From the NCBI RefSeq assembly GCF_009914755.1, contig NC_060929.1: a stretch of 64,000 bases of DNA. One strand, 5' to 3'. Below the pieces are notes generated by a model, which had not been told where the DNA came from, ran no database searches, and saw only the letters and a program-made list of their open reading frames with translations. Below are positions 41,896 to 56,249 of the stretch, piece by piece (position 1 is the stretch's first letter; every line of letters begins with the position of its first letter). Made by a program: the position numbers and the translations under genes. This stretch comes from the human T2T-CHM13v2.0 reference genome, Homo sapiens.

Positions 41896-44329
41896 AGGTA
41901 TTATCAAGATGACAGTGTACCTAGAAAAGGAAATAAAGATTATACATTTAGAAAACTAAAAATTAAAACACAGAAAACAAAAAGGCTTTTAGTGCCATTC
42001 ATTGCCTAAAGACTACCAAGTTCTCCAATATTATCAGACCATGAAACTGATAACTGAAAGCAAACGTGTCATTAAATTTTACAGACACTCCTTTGCGTTA
42101 TATTCTAACTAGGAAAATAGAAAATAACTATTTTTTCTGTTTGTAGGAAAATAAAAGTCATCCAACTAGATTAAAAGTATAATTTACAAGCATGTTAAAT
42201 GTTTCTGCTGAGTACTTATTTGTTTTCTCATTTTTTTCTTTATTCATGTGTGTGCCACAAGTGCTGATAAGCTATTGAAAACACCTTAATGCATAATTAA
42301 TCACTCTGCAAGCAATCAGCAGATTTAGTGCTAGTTGCAGAAATAAACCAAATTCATACATGCAAGGTAAGCCTAATTAGTTAAGCTCACAAAAAAATGT
42401 AATATCCGATTTTTGGAACCTAATGTGCTCAAGAAAGTATTTGTGCTTTTAAATTAGAACAGCTCTCTATTTAATTAGTCCTCATTTGAGTATGTAATCA
42501 TTTTAATTTATTTACACAAACACAGGACATTGTGCTCCATCAGCAGATAATGTTCTTCATTAACCAGAGTAGGAACTTTGTGCTCAAGGGCAGCAGAAAT
42601 ATTTCCACCTGTGATGCAAAATCAGAACTGCATACTATCAAACTGCATTCTTTGGTTTTGATGGTCACCATCCTAAGATACATATTTGTTAATAATAACA
42701 TAAGTTTAAGTACTCTACCAATCCATAGAAATTGACAATTTAAATATTTAATGTTTCATTTTACCTATTGCCCAGTTACAAAATGGATATTTAATTATTA
42801 ATGAACAAATTAACTTACTGAAATTCAAGTATTAGTAATGTACTACAATTCAAACTTCAATAATTTGGATGGTGGAGAAGCAGAGTTAATTTTTTAAAAA
42901 GTTAATTCTTTCTTCATTAGGGGTGCAAAGTAATGATAGCCTAGATTGTAGAGAGTGGGGAGGCTAGGTTTTATTCAGACTGTATAAAAACAAACACTGT
43001 ATGCTTGGCAGGGTAATGACATCATTCTTATGTATTCATTAAAGCACATAAAGCAATTCTTCCTTAAGGCGTTTCCAACAACCTTGAAACCTTGTTACTG
43101 GCACACTGCTTCCGATAAATCCTAAATACACTCTAAAAAGATAAAGAGACACTCTCATTAACTCATCTGCAGTATGTTTTTGCTACTAAATAACAGTTGA
43201 AATTTGACATGTCACAAAATGAGTCAGTGGATAGCATGTGAGGGCAGCTTTAACATGAGGAATTGTTTGGGTAGGAGGCTTGCTCTAGGTAGTATTTTGA
43301 AGGAAGGCCCAGGGCTAGTCTTTGGTAAGTATGCTTCATTGTACAATCTGTACCATGAGAGCTGCTATATTGTTTTGAAAACTTTCCATACTACTTTATG
43401 AAAGGCTAAATACTTGCTATATACAACTTTTTTTTTGTTTTCTTCCCACAAAGAAAGAGAAACAACTTGTCTGAGTAACTACATCAGATCTGCTTTATAT
43501 AACAGCATGGCAAATGTAGCCTTGATTTCCCATAACTCTTCATGATATAGAGCATCTCTACAGAATAATATTTTAACTTGTACAATTTCCCTTTACCCAA
43601 AGTTTAAAATTCTTCCATTTATGTGAAAGAAAACTAGTGTATAGTTCACATCAGAAAGGCTCCCTTTTTCTGTAGGTAGTAAGTACTGCAAGCATAATTG
43701 CATAATTTTAACTTTAGAGACAACTGACTTAGCTTTGGAGCATATTTGAGTTTAGCAATGCCTATTAAGGTTAAAAATACAAATTTGCAAAATACCAAAT
43801 GTACAATGCTAAATTCTATCCCAAATCATGTCATTAGATACATTTTAAAAAACTCTCTTTGATTAGGTGGCCACTATCCAAGGATAGTATCTTAAGATTT
43901 CTAGAACTTTGCATAATCTGCCTAACTATAACTGGAAAAAGAATGTCTATTTCCATAAGCCTAGTTATACAGCTCTTGAAAATACCCATTGGTAAACACA
44001 GTATTATAGCAATGCTATAAAATATACATTTACTCCATATGTAAAGTCAACTACATGATCTTGGCATGTATACATGTATGAGTAACACACTAGTGTTAAG
44101 TCAATTTGCCACTCCACTCACAAGTACAGTATTTGGAGATAAGGCGTGTTTCAGTCTGTTACCCCCACGATGAGTTTCAGTTACTCAATGACAATCACTG
44201 GATGAGCTTTTAGCTATGGTGTCTCTAGTGTTTAAAGATACCTGCATGCTTTTAGTATAAAATGGGCCTAAAGCAAGGCAGGTAATCTACCTGGTACTTA
44301 ACTGAAGAAACCAATCTATTCCAATGATA

Positions 44330-44385
44330 GACAAAAAAAAAGCGCCACATAGTACTTTTTGAGACACAGTACAACAGTCTTTAAT
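44330..44385 (-). terminator. Likely distal YIPF5 polyadenylation site
   Basis: ATTAAA on the minus strand (44380-44385), CA about 20 nt downstream, then GU/U-rich element TATGTGGCGCTTTTTTTTTGTC. Confidence 0.6.
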
Positions 44386-45900
44386 GTATATATAAATATG
44401 CCTACATAACAGAGTTTGATAAGAGAAGTTTTGGCTATATACAACTCTGCATGTAATCAAACTCTAGAACATCAAATGCAACTCCACTGCATAGCTGTTT
44501 TGACAGAGCAACAGTTAAGCATAAAATAGCTTTGCACCTTATTATTTTGGAGCAAAATAAAAAATAACCACCACAAAAAAAATCTCTACAATAATTTAAA
44601 CTAAAAATGTTGTTGAGGATAGGGTAAACAACAAAAAAGAAAATAATTTGATCCATATGTGATATTTGGCTGAAGATTAACAGTGTTAAGTCTAACCAAC
44701 AGCGAGATAATTTTAATTTCCAAAGCATCTTCTACCGTTTATTAGCAATATTTGGATATTAAGGGAAGACATTTGCCTTAACAAAAACTATACTGAAAAA
44801 GACAAATGAATTGAAAAAGACAAAAATACTATCCAAGAATTACAATAAAAAATTTGGTTAAGTTGGAAAGCCTATCAAATTACCTTCCAAATTGCTTTTT
44901 TAAAGCAATTTGGTAAGTTTGAAAACCTAGCCCAAAACAAATTAATGACAAGTGGGTTTCTCCAGACGATTAATGAAGAAAAACATACTTATGTGAATCA
45001 ATAAATATGTTATTTCTCTCAACCTCTTTTTATGCTTTGAAAACTTGTTCTAAAAAAGAACCATTGATACATCATTTTGACATTTCTATTTAGTCTGAAA
45101 ATCTCTTTAAAAAAAAAAAAAAGGCAGTATTTTCCTCCCTGTACCATATCTTTCTCGTAACTATAACTGAGCTTTGTCCAGAATCAGAGACAGTTTTTCT
45201 AGAAAAAGCCAATGATCAGTATACAAGATACAGTATTTTCCTACAGATTCTCTCTGGCAAGAGAACATGACAATATAAATCAAATAAATTTAATACAATA
45301 AAATAATGTAACTCAAACTGCTCATTTAATCCCCTTTTTGTCTGATTCTATATTAGCTGATTTCTATTCTTAAAGCTTAAATTAGGGGTCAAAATCAGAG
45401 CCTAGTTAAAAAAGAGACAAAGAGAACAGTAGTTTAGTAAAAGTAAATTCAATAACACAGTTAAAATTAATTGGGAAAGTTTTAATAAGCATTCAAATGT
45501 ACTTTACATTGATAATTGCAATATTGAATTTTGTAAAACTTTAAATATTTTCCTTAAAAAAGGTTAGTGATTTTTTTATTATTTTTGGGAAATGTGGCGA
45601 TCCAACGATTATAGCATTAATGCAACCATTCCAGGTCCCTAAGGTTGAGTTAACATTAATATGTAAGTAAGTGTTCGCATTTCATGTCTACAATAAGGTA
45701 GATTGTGAACTTCCCGTATCTCTGAATTTTAGCAAAAATTCCATGAGATAATTTACAGTAATGTCAAATTTTTGGAGTGCAAACTCATACTCTACATTTG
45801 GATCACTTTTTTGCTTTGAGTTACCTGACTTGAGAATACAAGGCAATTTTTCTTTCCTAAATCCTTGGAAAAATATTTTTGCAGTAAGTCTTGTGTCTCC

Positions 45901-46201
45901 TTTTTTTTTTTTTTTTGAGACAGAGTCTCACCCTGTCACCCAGGCTGGATGGAGTGCAGTGGTGTGATCTCGGCTCACTGCAAGCTCCGCCTCCTGGGTT
46001 CACACTTCTCCTGCCTCAGCCTCCTGAGTAGCTGGGACTACAGGCGCCCGCCACCACGCCCAGCTAATTTTTTTTGTAGTTTTAGTAGAGTCGGGGTTTC
46101 ACCGTGTTAACCAGGATGGTCTCGATCTCCTGCCCTTGTGATCCGCCCGCCTCGGCCTCCCAAAGTGCTGGGATTACAGGCGTGAGCTACCACGCCCGGC
46201 C
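45901..46201 (-). mobile_element. AluY inside the YIPF5 3' UTR (sense to the mRNA)
   Basis: Y-type motifs (CAAGCTCCGCCTCC, CCAGGATGGTCTCGATCTCCTG); TSD GTCTTGTGTCT(C/T)CTTT at 45888 and 46202. Confidence 0.93.
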
Positions 46202-46590
46202 GTCTTGTGTCTTCTTTACTGTGACTGGGTCGTTTTTAAGAAAGGTTATCAGCTTTGTGTTTGGTTTCCCACAGTTGATAAAAATCTATCAAAAACATTA
46301 TAATTTGCAAGGAAAAAGGTTTTTCAATGGCTGCAGGAACCAGAAAGAAATAGCATTTCTTATCTGTATAAACACAAACATTTAAAGCTAGTCACACCGC
46401 AGGTAAATCCAATATAGTATGCAAAAGTTCTATAAAAATGAACAAGAGATACACGTTTACTTTCATTGCTCCAACAGTCAAATGTAAATCTGCATGAGAG
46501 TTGCGCTGCAGCAGTTTGCTGGTCCAATTTAAGAGTTCAAGGTCCTTTTTGTACATCTGGCCCACTGATGTCCACATCCCAGATAAATTT

Positions 46591-46806
<216 letters not shown>

Positions 46807-47004
46807 TTATGTAAGAATACTACAATAACCTATTCTAAAGCATTTTAAATTTACATTTTAAATCTGCAAGTAGACATATGCAAAAATAATCAGGATTTTT
46901 TTTTTCAAATGCTAAAATGTACCTCACAGTAAATTCAATGATGGTGAATCATTTCATGGGATAAACAGCTTTTTTAGAACTATGTTTTACTTTTTAAAAA
47001 TATA

Positions 47005-47195
47005 AGGTCTCTCATTCTTGGCACTACTGACATTTGGGCTGGATGCTATCTTTGTTGTGGGGGCTGTCCTGTGCACTGTCAGAATGTTCAGCAGCATCCC
47101 TGGCCTCTGTACATAAGATATAAGTAGCACCCTTGCCCCCCATCAGACATTGTCAAATGTCCCCTTGGAGGCAAAATTGTTCCTAGTTGAAAAAA
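47005..47195. mobile_element. MER20 DNA transposon
   Basis: GGCACTACTGACATTTGGGCTGGAT...GGGGGCTGTCCTGTGCACTG...AGCAGCATCCCTGGCCTCT...CAGACATTGTCAAATGTCCCC. Confidence 0.85.
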
Positions 47196-47527
47196 GGGTT
47201 TTAGTAGAAAATAACTTCTGTAAAATTCAAATATGAATATATAAATTCTTAATAAATAAGAGTGATTTCTACACTGAAAATATGAAATATTTCTATTCAA
47301 AGCAGAAATAGTGTAAAGCATCATCTTGCCAAATTTCTTGTATTGGACAAATAATCGACATATTTGTCTCTTCTCCTCCCAAACCTCCACTTTAGCTTTC
47401 AAAGTGTAACAAAGCCTGACCACTGGTAATGTCTAACACTAGTCACATGGAGGATTTTATATTGAGACAATCTGCACACTGGCCAAGAGGAGGAACCTTA
47501 TTGGCGGTAATGTATACCTTTCCTTCC

Positions 47528-47834
<307 letters not shown>

Positions 47835-48405
47835 ATACCTATCCTTTTAACCTAACCTAAAATATCATTTAAAAATTACACCATATTTAAAGCTGCTTAC
47901 AAGTACATCTATCTGAGAAACACCGCAGGCTGATAACAGCCTCTTATCATAAAAAGAATACATTTCATTTCCAGTTAGAAAGCTGCCCAATAGAGAGTAT
48001 GTATTTATTATTCGTACATTTGGCATATGTCCAATGGTTTGAAGAAATTAGGTGGGATCTAGAAAATATCAAAGAGGGTAAGCATAATTTGAACACTAAT
48101 GACTTGACCTTTTTCATGTAATATTTAATAATTACCCTGTTCAATTTGTTACCACTATGACAATGGTAAGTAAACACAAAACTAGTGAAATTCTTGATCA
48201 TGAGTAAAATAGAGATGGTATAAAGGTTTTTAAATTTATTCTCATTACCATTGTTCTTCATCCGAAACCATTTGGCACTGTCCCTACTACAAGAGGCACT
48301 ATCTGATATGTTTGCTGAATCGGTGATTTATCTCAAACTGAAGATGAGGTGAATCCTACTACATAGAATTGGTCAATCAACCCCCAAAATAAAGAACAGT
48401 ACTTA

Positions 48406-48588
<183 letters not shown>

Positions 48589-50266
48589 CTATGGGTAAAG
48601 AAGATTACAGGTTAAAGGGCAAAAAATAAGTTATTTCTGGCCTTATTTCACCTGAATCAGTACATGTAGCAAATAATTTATGAGCATCAAAATCTACTAA
48701 TCTATCTATTCTTTACGTAGAGAAGTAAAAGACTGAGCAGACTGGCTTGTTACATTCTTTGTAACTTTAAAGTACAGAGATATTTGGTTCTCCATTTTCC
48801 AGTTAGTGTGTAGGCTTGGCATAGAAGTGAACAAATAAAGAGACAAAAGCATAGCAGAATCACCCAAAATAGTAAGATTTCTAAAAAGAACTCTGGATGA
48901 TTTTAGGCAAATAAACTAGAGACAAGATGGAAAGCCGTTCAAAATGTCTAGATAATTGTTATATCAGTTGAAAGTACCTAATTCCACCAAAAATGCCCCA
49001 AAGCATTAATTCTCATTGGTGGAGGTAGTCATAATCTTTTTAAGAAGAAATCTTATGATTCACTTTATATGGGTGCTAGAGGAGCAAGGGGAAAGGAAGC
49101 CAGGATAAACAGGAAGCCAGGGTTCTGTGAGGAACAGAGAAGAAATGGCAAAAGGAATATAATGGAAGATATTTTTTTCTTTATTTTTCCAAATTATTGG
49201 CTGATTTATACATCCCTTTGATTAAGAAAAGACAACAATAAACAGTTTAAGCACTGCAAAGATTAGCTAAATTGGAATTATCCTGTTAGTGAAGTTTGTG
49301 AACAAACTTTGTATTCAGGTCACACTATCACTAAAACCAGTTTACAGAAAAGCCTCCAAAAATTATTGATTTATCCAATTTTTGTCACATAAAAAGTAAA
49401 TTAGGAGAATGCCTCTACAGATTATGTTAAGAAAAAAAATTATTGGGACTTTTATTAGATTATTTGTAAATACTTGATTAAAAATGCAGAAGTTTGAAAA
49501 AGCTCAGCTGAGTTCATTGATGAATTAATTCATGTAGTAATAAAAAAACTCACACTTGTACAGTGTTTTTAACTTTTCAATGTGTTCTCACATAACCTGT
49601 CTTGTTTCACCTTCAAAATAATCTTGCTAGGTAAGAAGGATAGGATTATTTTCTATGAGAGGAAACTGAAGGATTAAATGATGTGGCCAAAGGCTGATCA
49701 GGAGCACTCAGTTCAAGCCCAGCTCTTATGACTAAAAATCCCATCTTCCGTATATTACATTAGTTATCTCTCATAATTCAGAGACATAAGATAAAATAAA
49801 TATTAACAATTATCTTTACAACTTTTCTGTTTTCAATATGCCTTAACATTCTTGGGAAGGTGATAAATTGGGAAAATAATTATATAGAAAAGTAATCATC
49901 AGTATGACTAGAACAAAATATTAACCAAGGTTTAGAGATTTTTAAAAAAATGCTGTCATTAAAAAAAAAAAGCAATAGTGTAAAAACTGTAAGTAACCTC
50001 TGAAAAGGCAGAATTCTAATGAGGGACTGAAGCTATACCTGTTGTTTACTATTTTTTTTTTGTTTTTTCCCCTAATAATTTAATCATTTCTTAGAAAAAG
50101 AAATGATTTTTAAAACATGCTACACTTACTATAGATGGAGAACTAATGAATAGGTATAAATACAAGCAACTCAGTACTATTCCAAACACATCAAAGACTT
50201 GAGGTGTAAAGCGGAGTTTCAAAATGGCTTTTGGTAGAACATTTAAAATTTAAAGGCTGTTCTTTA

Positions 50267-50473
<207 letters not shown>

Positions 50474-50577
50474 TTAGGATTTGTGATGTATTTTTAATTC
50501 ATCAAAATCTATCCTGAAACAAGAGACAAAATGACATAGCATCAAAAAAGGATCTAGCAATATTGGATGATATTATT

Positions 50578-50889
50578 ATTATTATAATTATTGTGATAGG
50601 GTCTGTCTCCATCACCCAGGCTGGAGTGCAGTGGCATGATCATAGCTCACTATAGCCTCAAACTCCTGAACTCAAAGTGATGTTCCTGCCTCAGCCTCGT
50701 GAGTAGCTGGGACCACAGGTGTGCGCCACAACACAGAGCTAATTTTTTTCTTTTCTTTCTTTCTTTTTTTTTTTTGTAGAGACAGGGTCTTGCTGTGTTG
50801 CTCAGGCTGGTCTCCTGGCCTCAAGAGATCCTCCAGCCTCAGCCCCACAAAGCACTGGGATTACAGGCGTTGAGACATCGTGCCTGGCC
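50578..50889 (-). mobile_element. AluJ in YIPF5 intron 3
   Basis: Tail decayed to (ATT)n; 14-bp TSD TGGATGATATTATT at 50564 and 50890. Confidence 0.92.
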
Positions 50890-51620
50890 TGGATGATATT
50901 ATTTCAGTGAGCTCTCTATGCCAGTCTTCAATGTGGTGCTCATCCCACAAATATGTCATTTCTGGATTGGTGTTGGAAAAGGGTATGGATCTGATGAAAC
51001 AGACACTTATTACATCCCTTAGGTATGACTGCATAGCAAAGAATATACAAAAAGGGTTAACAGTAAGGGGTTCTTTACTTGGGGCTTCAGGAATACCCGG
51101 GGGCCCATTTAACTGTATACAAAACTACGTCTCTATGCATATGTGTGCATTTCTTCTGAGGAGAGTGTTCATACCTTTCATTAGATTTTCAAAGAGTTAT
51201 CTAGTTAAAAAAAAAGTTCAGAACTACCACTTCCTAGGTTTTGGAACACAATTTGAAAATCACCATTTTTTTAGTGATGTCACTAGTTCTGCCAGTTTAT
51301 TTCCACACAGAATAATGGATAGCACACTTTTTCTTCTCACTTTTCCCACTAGCAGAATTTAGTCAATAACCTGAAGTAAAAGTCGATGCTGACATAGTAA
51401 CATACTTTATTATCACTATTAAAAGATCTATTAAAAATCTGGTCCCCTCTGGCCCAATGTGGTTTCGCATATACTCTGTTTAAAATGAGTTGTTTAGCAG
51501 AAAACTTTTTTCTACAGATTATTTTTTTTAAAGGAAAAGACAATTTCTCCAAATTAAGATTAATTTTCACTAACCAGCTGAATACTATTGAGTACTATCA
51601 AGTGTTGCAACAAATCTTAC

Positions 51621-51793
51621 CTTCTAATAAAGGTGGCTCATCCTCAAAGTTGTTTCCATAGAAAGGCTGAGGTGAAGCTGGAGTATATGCCTGAGTTGGC
51701 TGGTAAATCTGCCCGGTGTATGGCTGTTGTGGCTGCATCATGTCTGGAGGGACAAATCTGCCTTGCTGCGAATAGTCATAGCCAGCATACTGT
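51621..51793 (-). CDS. YIPF5: YIPF5 coding exon 3
   Basis: TATAG acceptor, GTAAG donor; (K)[57 protein letters not shown]; 173 nt. Confidence 0.97.
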
Positions 51794-52739
51794 CTATAAA
51801 TGAAAGAAAGTTAAATTTTTCAGAGGTATTTCAACTCTGTACAGTTAATATCCCTTAAATTCCTAAATTTTCATGTGACAGCTAAAGAACCTTAGTTGTG
51901 AAATTCCTCAGGTACAAACTTTGCCAATTTTTATAAATCATGGTTGAAATGATCACTAAGATCAAGCTTATTATCTACAATAAAAAAATCATAATTTTTA
52001 TAGAAAATATTCTTAATGATACCAATATTCACTTACATAGCACTAAGCATTTTACAAACTGTTAAAGGTTAGGAGGTCAACAAATGAAAATGTAAAAATT
52101 GTGTCTATTTTTCTCCCTTAGTGGATATATACAATATGAAGATACACTATGAAATAAAATCTATGGCTAAGACTGAATGAAACCTTAGGATGTCAGACTT
52201 TGTAATACATGTTATATAATTTTTCACTGTAATTTGGATAGCCATCGAATTATCATTCTTCTTTACTCTTCATAGTATGTTACTTTTGGCAAGCGGACAA
52301 ATCTCTTTAAGAAAAACCATCAATTTAAAAACAGAGTGGACAAATCAAGCTTTTGCTTTGTGAGCACTTGCTGAATGTAACAAAAGATTTTTAGTACACT
52401 TTGCATTTGAATAGTACTTTAGCAAAGTACTATTTTTCAAAGTAGTTATACACTTATTGTCTCATTTGATATGTGCTATAGCAAACCCTGCATCTAGAGG
52501 GAAAGGCTTATCACAGCTATTTTAGTGACAATAGCAAGAGGGAAGAGGATACTGAAGCCACATCTTTACGCATCTGTTCCATCATGTTTTGAAAAAATCC
52601 AACTTACTGATGGGACTAATCTAATGATATACTAAGAAACACAGATGTAAAATAATTATTTTAAAAGATATTCTTAAAAATGAGAGCTGAGAAGCCTTAG
52701 AAAACCTTTAGTCTAATTCCCATTTAAATTCTTATAGTC

Positions 52740-53310
52740 ATAATGTCAGTTGTTTTCCTTGGGGTGAGGCTCTCTATTCATTTTTGAGAAAATATCTGCC
52801 AAATGCTCAAGTCTGAATAACCATAGTTTATCAGTTGTTCTTTCAAATAAAAATGGTCTTCATGAAATAACAGCCAGTTCAGCTTGCACAGGTGCTTTTC
52901 GTAGAGGCAGTAATTGTACTTTAGTATGCAGTAAACACTAAATTTCTTCACAAAGAATATTAAAGAAATATATGTACTAAAGGGTCAGGGTTTAATAAAA
53001 AGATAATTCTTACTGCTTCCTCAAGAGAATCCTTAAATGAAACTGACTGTCTGCCAACTCTCTAACAAGTATATAGAGTGATGAATAATATGATGACTAC
53101 TAGAACAACTTGATGCCACTACCTTGATTCATACTCAGGTACCAGCAGTTTTACCAATCAATACTTTTGCAACAGCACTGCAAATGTTAACATACCTAAA
53201 AAGGTATATGATATCTTAGTATTGTTATGAAAATAACTTTGACTTTAAAGAATCTCAGAAGAGTCTCAAGGACCCTCTGTAGTCTACAGCCTAAATTTTG
53301 AGAGTTGCTG
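52740..53310. mobile_element. Charlie1-like hAT fragment in YIPF5 intron 2
   Basis: AATGCTCAAGTCTGAATAACCATAGTTT...GTTGTTCTTTCAAATAAAAATGG...TTAGTATTGTTATGAAAATAACTTTGAC. Confidence 0.7.
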
Positions 53311-56034
53311 ATACAGACCAATAAATTTCATGTAAGGAAGAAAAGTACTGCAAGCAGTTGATTGTTTCAAAGGTGGCACCATCATTCCATCTTCAAGAGG
53401 AAAGGTGAGAATGACAATATCATAGAATTTTACTATTTTCCTTTTCTGGCAGGACCTATTCAGGAAAATTTCTGACTTGTTCCTGCTGGTTTTAAACTAA
53501 AACATGGTATGGCAGACACGATCTTTACAGGCTAAAACAACATGAAAAGCAGCAGATACTAAATCAATACTCTCATAAGTACTCTGTACCAGTAACAAAG
53601 ACAAAGCCTCTTAACATATTGGGTTGGTTACCTAAGTTCATGGAAAACCTCAGATATTCCATAAAGATACTACCAGGTAAGTCAAAGAAGAAAAAAAATA
53701 ACAGCTTTCATAATTTAAAAAATGTGACTTGGTATTATGATATATTTCATAAGCATATCTAGAATACAATGTGGAACCTGTCCAATTTTCCATTTATATA
53801 ACTCAACAGATTATGATCAAAGGGCCTTTTATACTTTTTTGTTTTTGTTTTTTTGGTGAATGGATCTATGAATGATACTTGTGAAACACCTATAGAGGAA
53901 ACCAAAAAATGTTAAAGCTGACTTCATTATGGCAAATGCAGAACTGTGTACTAATAACAAGTCAAGTTAAAAACATAAAGACAATGCAAGTAATATGCTA
54001 TTTGCACCTAGATTTTCACCAATGGAGAGCTAAAAGTTATTAGCGGATCTTTGTTACTAAATTAGCAAATCAAACAAAATATTATTTGGTTAACGGAGAT
54101 GGACATTTAAAATGTCATTAGATTGCAGATCTACTTGAAGGTACGCACAGAAGAGTCCAGTTTTTACAAAATAAATCTCAGAAACTCAAATTTATTACTG
54201 TTAATACATTAGGCTTCTTGTTTTCCCAGGCATCATCTATAAACCCAAGTTTATAGCAATAATGGTTATATAATCACCCAGAATAAAACTTCATCACTAG
54301 TACTGAAGCAATGCTTACTGGTACATGATTTGGTTGGAATGAAACTGTGAGAACAGTTGGCAACAGGTGCTAACCAGCAACAAGTTGTTTAGAATATCTA
54401 AATTGCTGTGTGGAGAACTGAAATGACTGTTAAAGGGAATGAGACTGTAAGTCACACCTTTTAAGTGATGCAAACGTGGACAGGACAGAAAAGAAAAGAA
54501 AAGCAGAGGCAGATAAATCTCGTAGGCTGCAATCTAAATGGAATAGCTCTGTTGAGTTCTAATCATAAAAACCATTCGGATAAAAACAGGCCTGCATAGA
54601 GAGACAGGTTCTCCGAAGCTGTGTTGCTGCTTTAGGCAAGGATTTATTAGATGGACTCTGGCTCTCCTATACACAGAGCAATCACCAAAAATACATATTT
54701 AGGTAAATAAATGAATGGAAATACCTCAATACAAATTTTCCAACTCTGCCCATTAATTTATCAAAAGAGATAAATCCTCATTGGTATGTAATTAAGTAAC
54801 AGAAAAGAGAAATGAATCACGGGGTATTTTGACATGCTCACTCCCATTGTTCAAATGTGTTAAGTTTTAGAGGGGAAAACAAAGCCTTAAAATATACCAA
54901 ATTAAGCAGACTCAAAGAGACTATATGTTTTAGAAAGGATAGCCTAACCAAGACAGACACTATTACAGAGCCACAGTGAATTTGAATTTTGTTTTGTTTT
55001 TTAAATTCTTGGGCACTCTAATCCAAACACATTCCTGTATTGCATGTTTCTCACAAACTGACAGATACATAACCTTCCCCTGCCCTCATCGTGGAACAGT
55101 CTTTATGAGGTTTCAAATTCGGGATCCATGATGAACATCATTTAACACATGAATTGTCTGAAGTTATATATGCACATTTATTTGGGTGTTTGAGTGAATG
55201 CATGTATTTATGGGAAAGAGGCCCAGTTGTAATAGGATTCTCAAAGAGATCCAGAACCATCTAAAAAAGTTTAAGCAATCCTAGTATAGGAAGCTCCTTT
55301 ATTTGACAGGAAGCTGATAAGATTATCTCTAGGGTCCTAAGAAACTAAGGAGATGATGTTTTAGGTGAGATTGCTAGAAAGCCTTCAGTTCATGTATTTT
55401 TGTCACAAACACCAGGTACTATAAAAAGATCATTTAAAAAAAAATGTTCAGAGGCTAACGGCTTTGAGTCAACCTCCTCAGTATGCAACTTATAACACGT
55501 GTGGCACTGACCATAAGGGTTTGAGAAGGAGGAGTAATAAAAATGATTATCAACTGCTGTATGAAAATCGCCTGATGATTCGTAATAAGGAGCTTACATC
55601 ATTAAATAATGTCACTAAGCACTTTCAATTAGCACTGATAAAAGTCTCAGAGTTGGACTGATTTAACTACTAACAAAATACTTTAATTTTTCACTGGTCC
55701 TATGAACTAACAGCCTATCTCCTAGGTACCTGAAGCTCCCATCATCTTCTAAATACAGAAATACTGTTACTAGAAAACAGTTCTTCAAACAAGCTACTTT
55801 TCCATTCATGGTACACCTGAAGAGTTTGCAGAAGACACTCAACTCTTAAATAGAACAATACCTTCGAAGCCAAGCCAGTGTCACATATCTCTCTAGAGGA
55901 AGAAGATTATGCATGAAAGATCATACTCCTGATAAAGGACATGTTCACATATTGTTTTAGGCAGAACCAAATATTCTAAATATGTGTTTTCACTGCAATG
56001 TAGACTAAATTAATTGCCAAAGATGAAAAGTTAC

Positions 56035-56144
56035 TTGCTATAGGGTCCTCCACTTCCTCCATAATCATAGGACTGCTGTGACTGATCATCGATGCTGTAA
56101 CTTGTCTGGTAGAAATCCGTGTTTAAGTTTTCAAAGCCTGACAT
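56035..56144 (-). CDS. YIPF5: YIPF5 first coding exon (exon 2; exon starts at 56154)
   Basis: TTACAG acceptor, 10 nt UTR, GCA-ATG; [36 protein letters not shown](K); GTAAC donor; 110 coding nt. Confidence 0.97.
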
Positions 56145-56249
56145 TGCAAATAATCTGTAATAAAAGAGAAATGGCAAATATTCCTTATGCCCAAGGTTCT
56201 ACTGAATTCGTTCCTGGCAGTCTGCTTAAGCAAATAGAAACACAACAAA

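Noticed and set aside
44435-44728. 97-aa ATG-initiated ORF in the YIPF5 3' UTR
   Set aside because: U-rich UTR composition yields F/L/I/C-rich ORFs by chance; no motif or splice link; would need Ribo-seq
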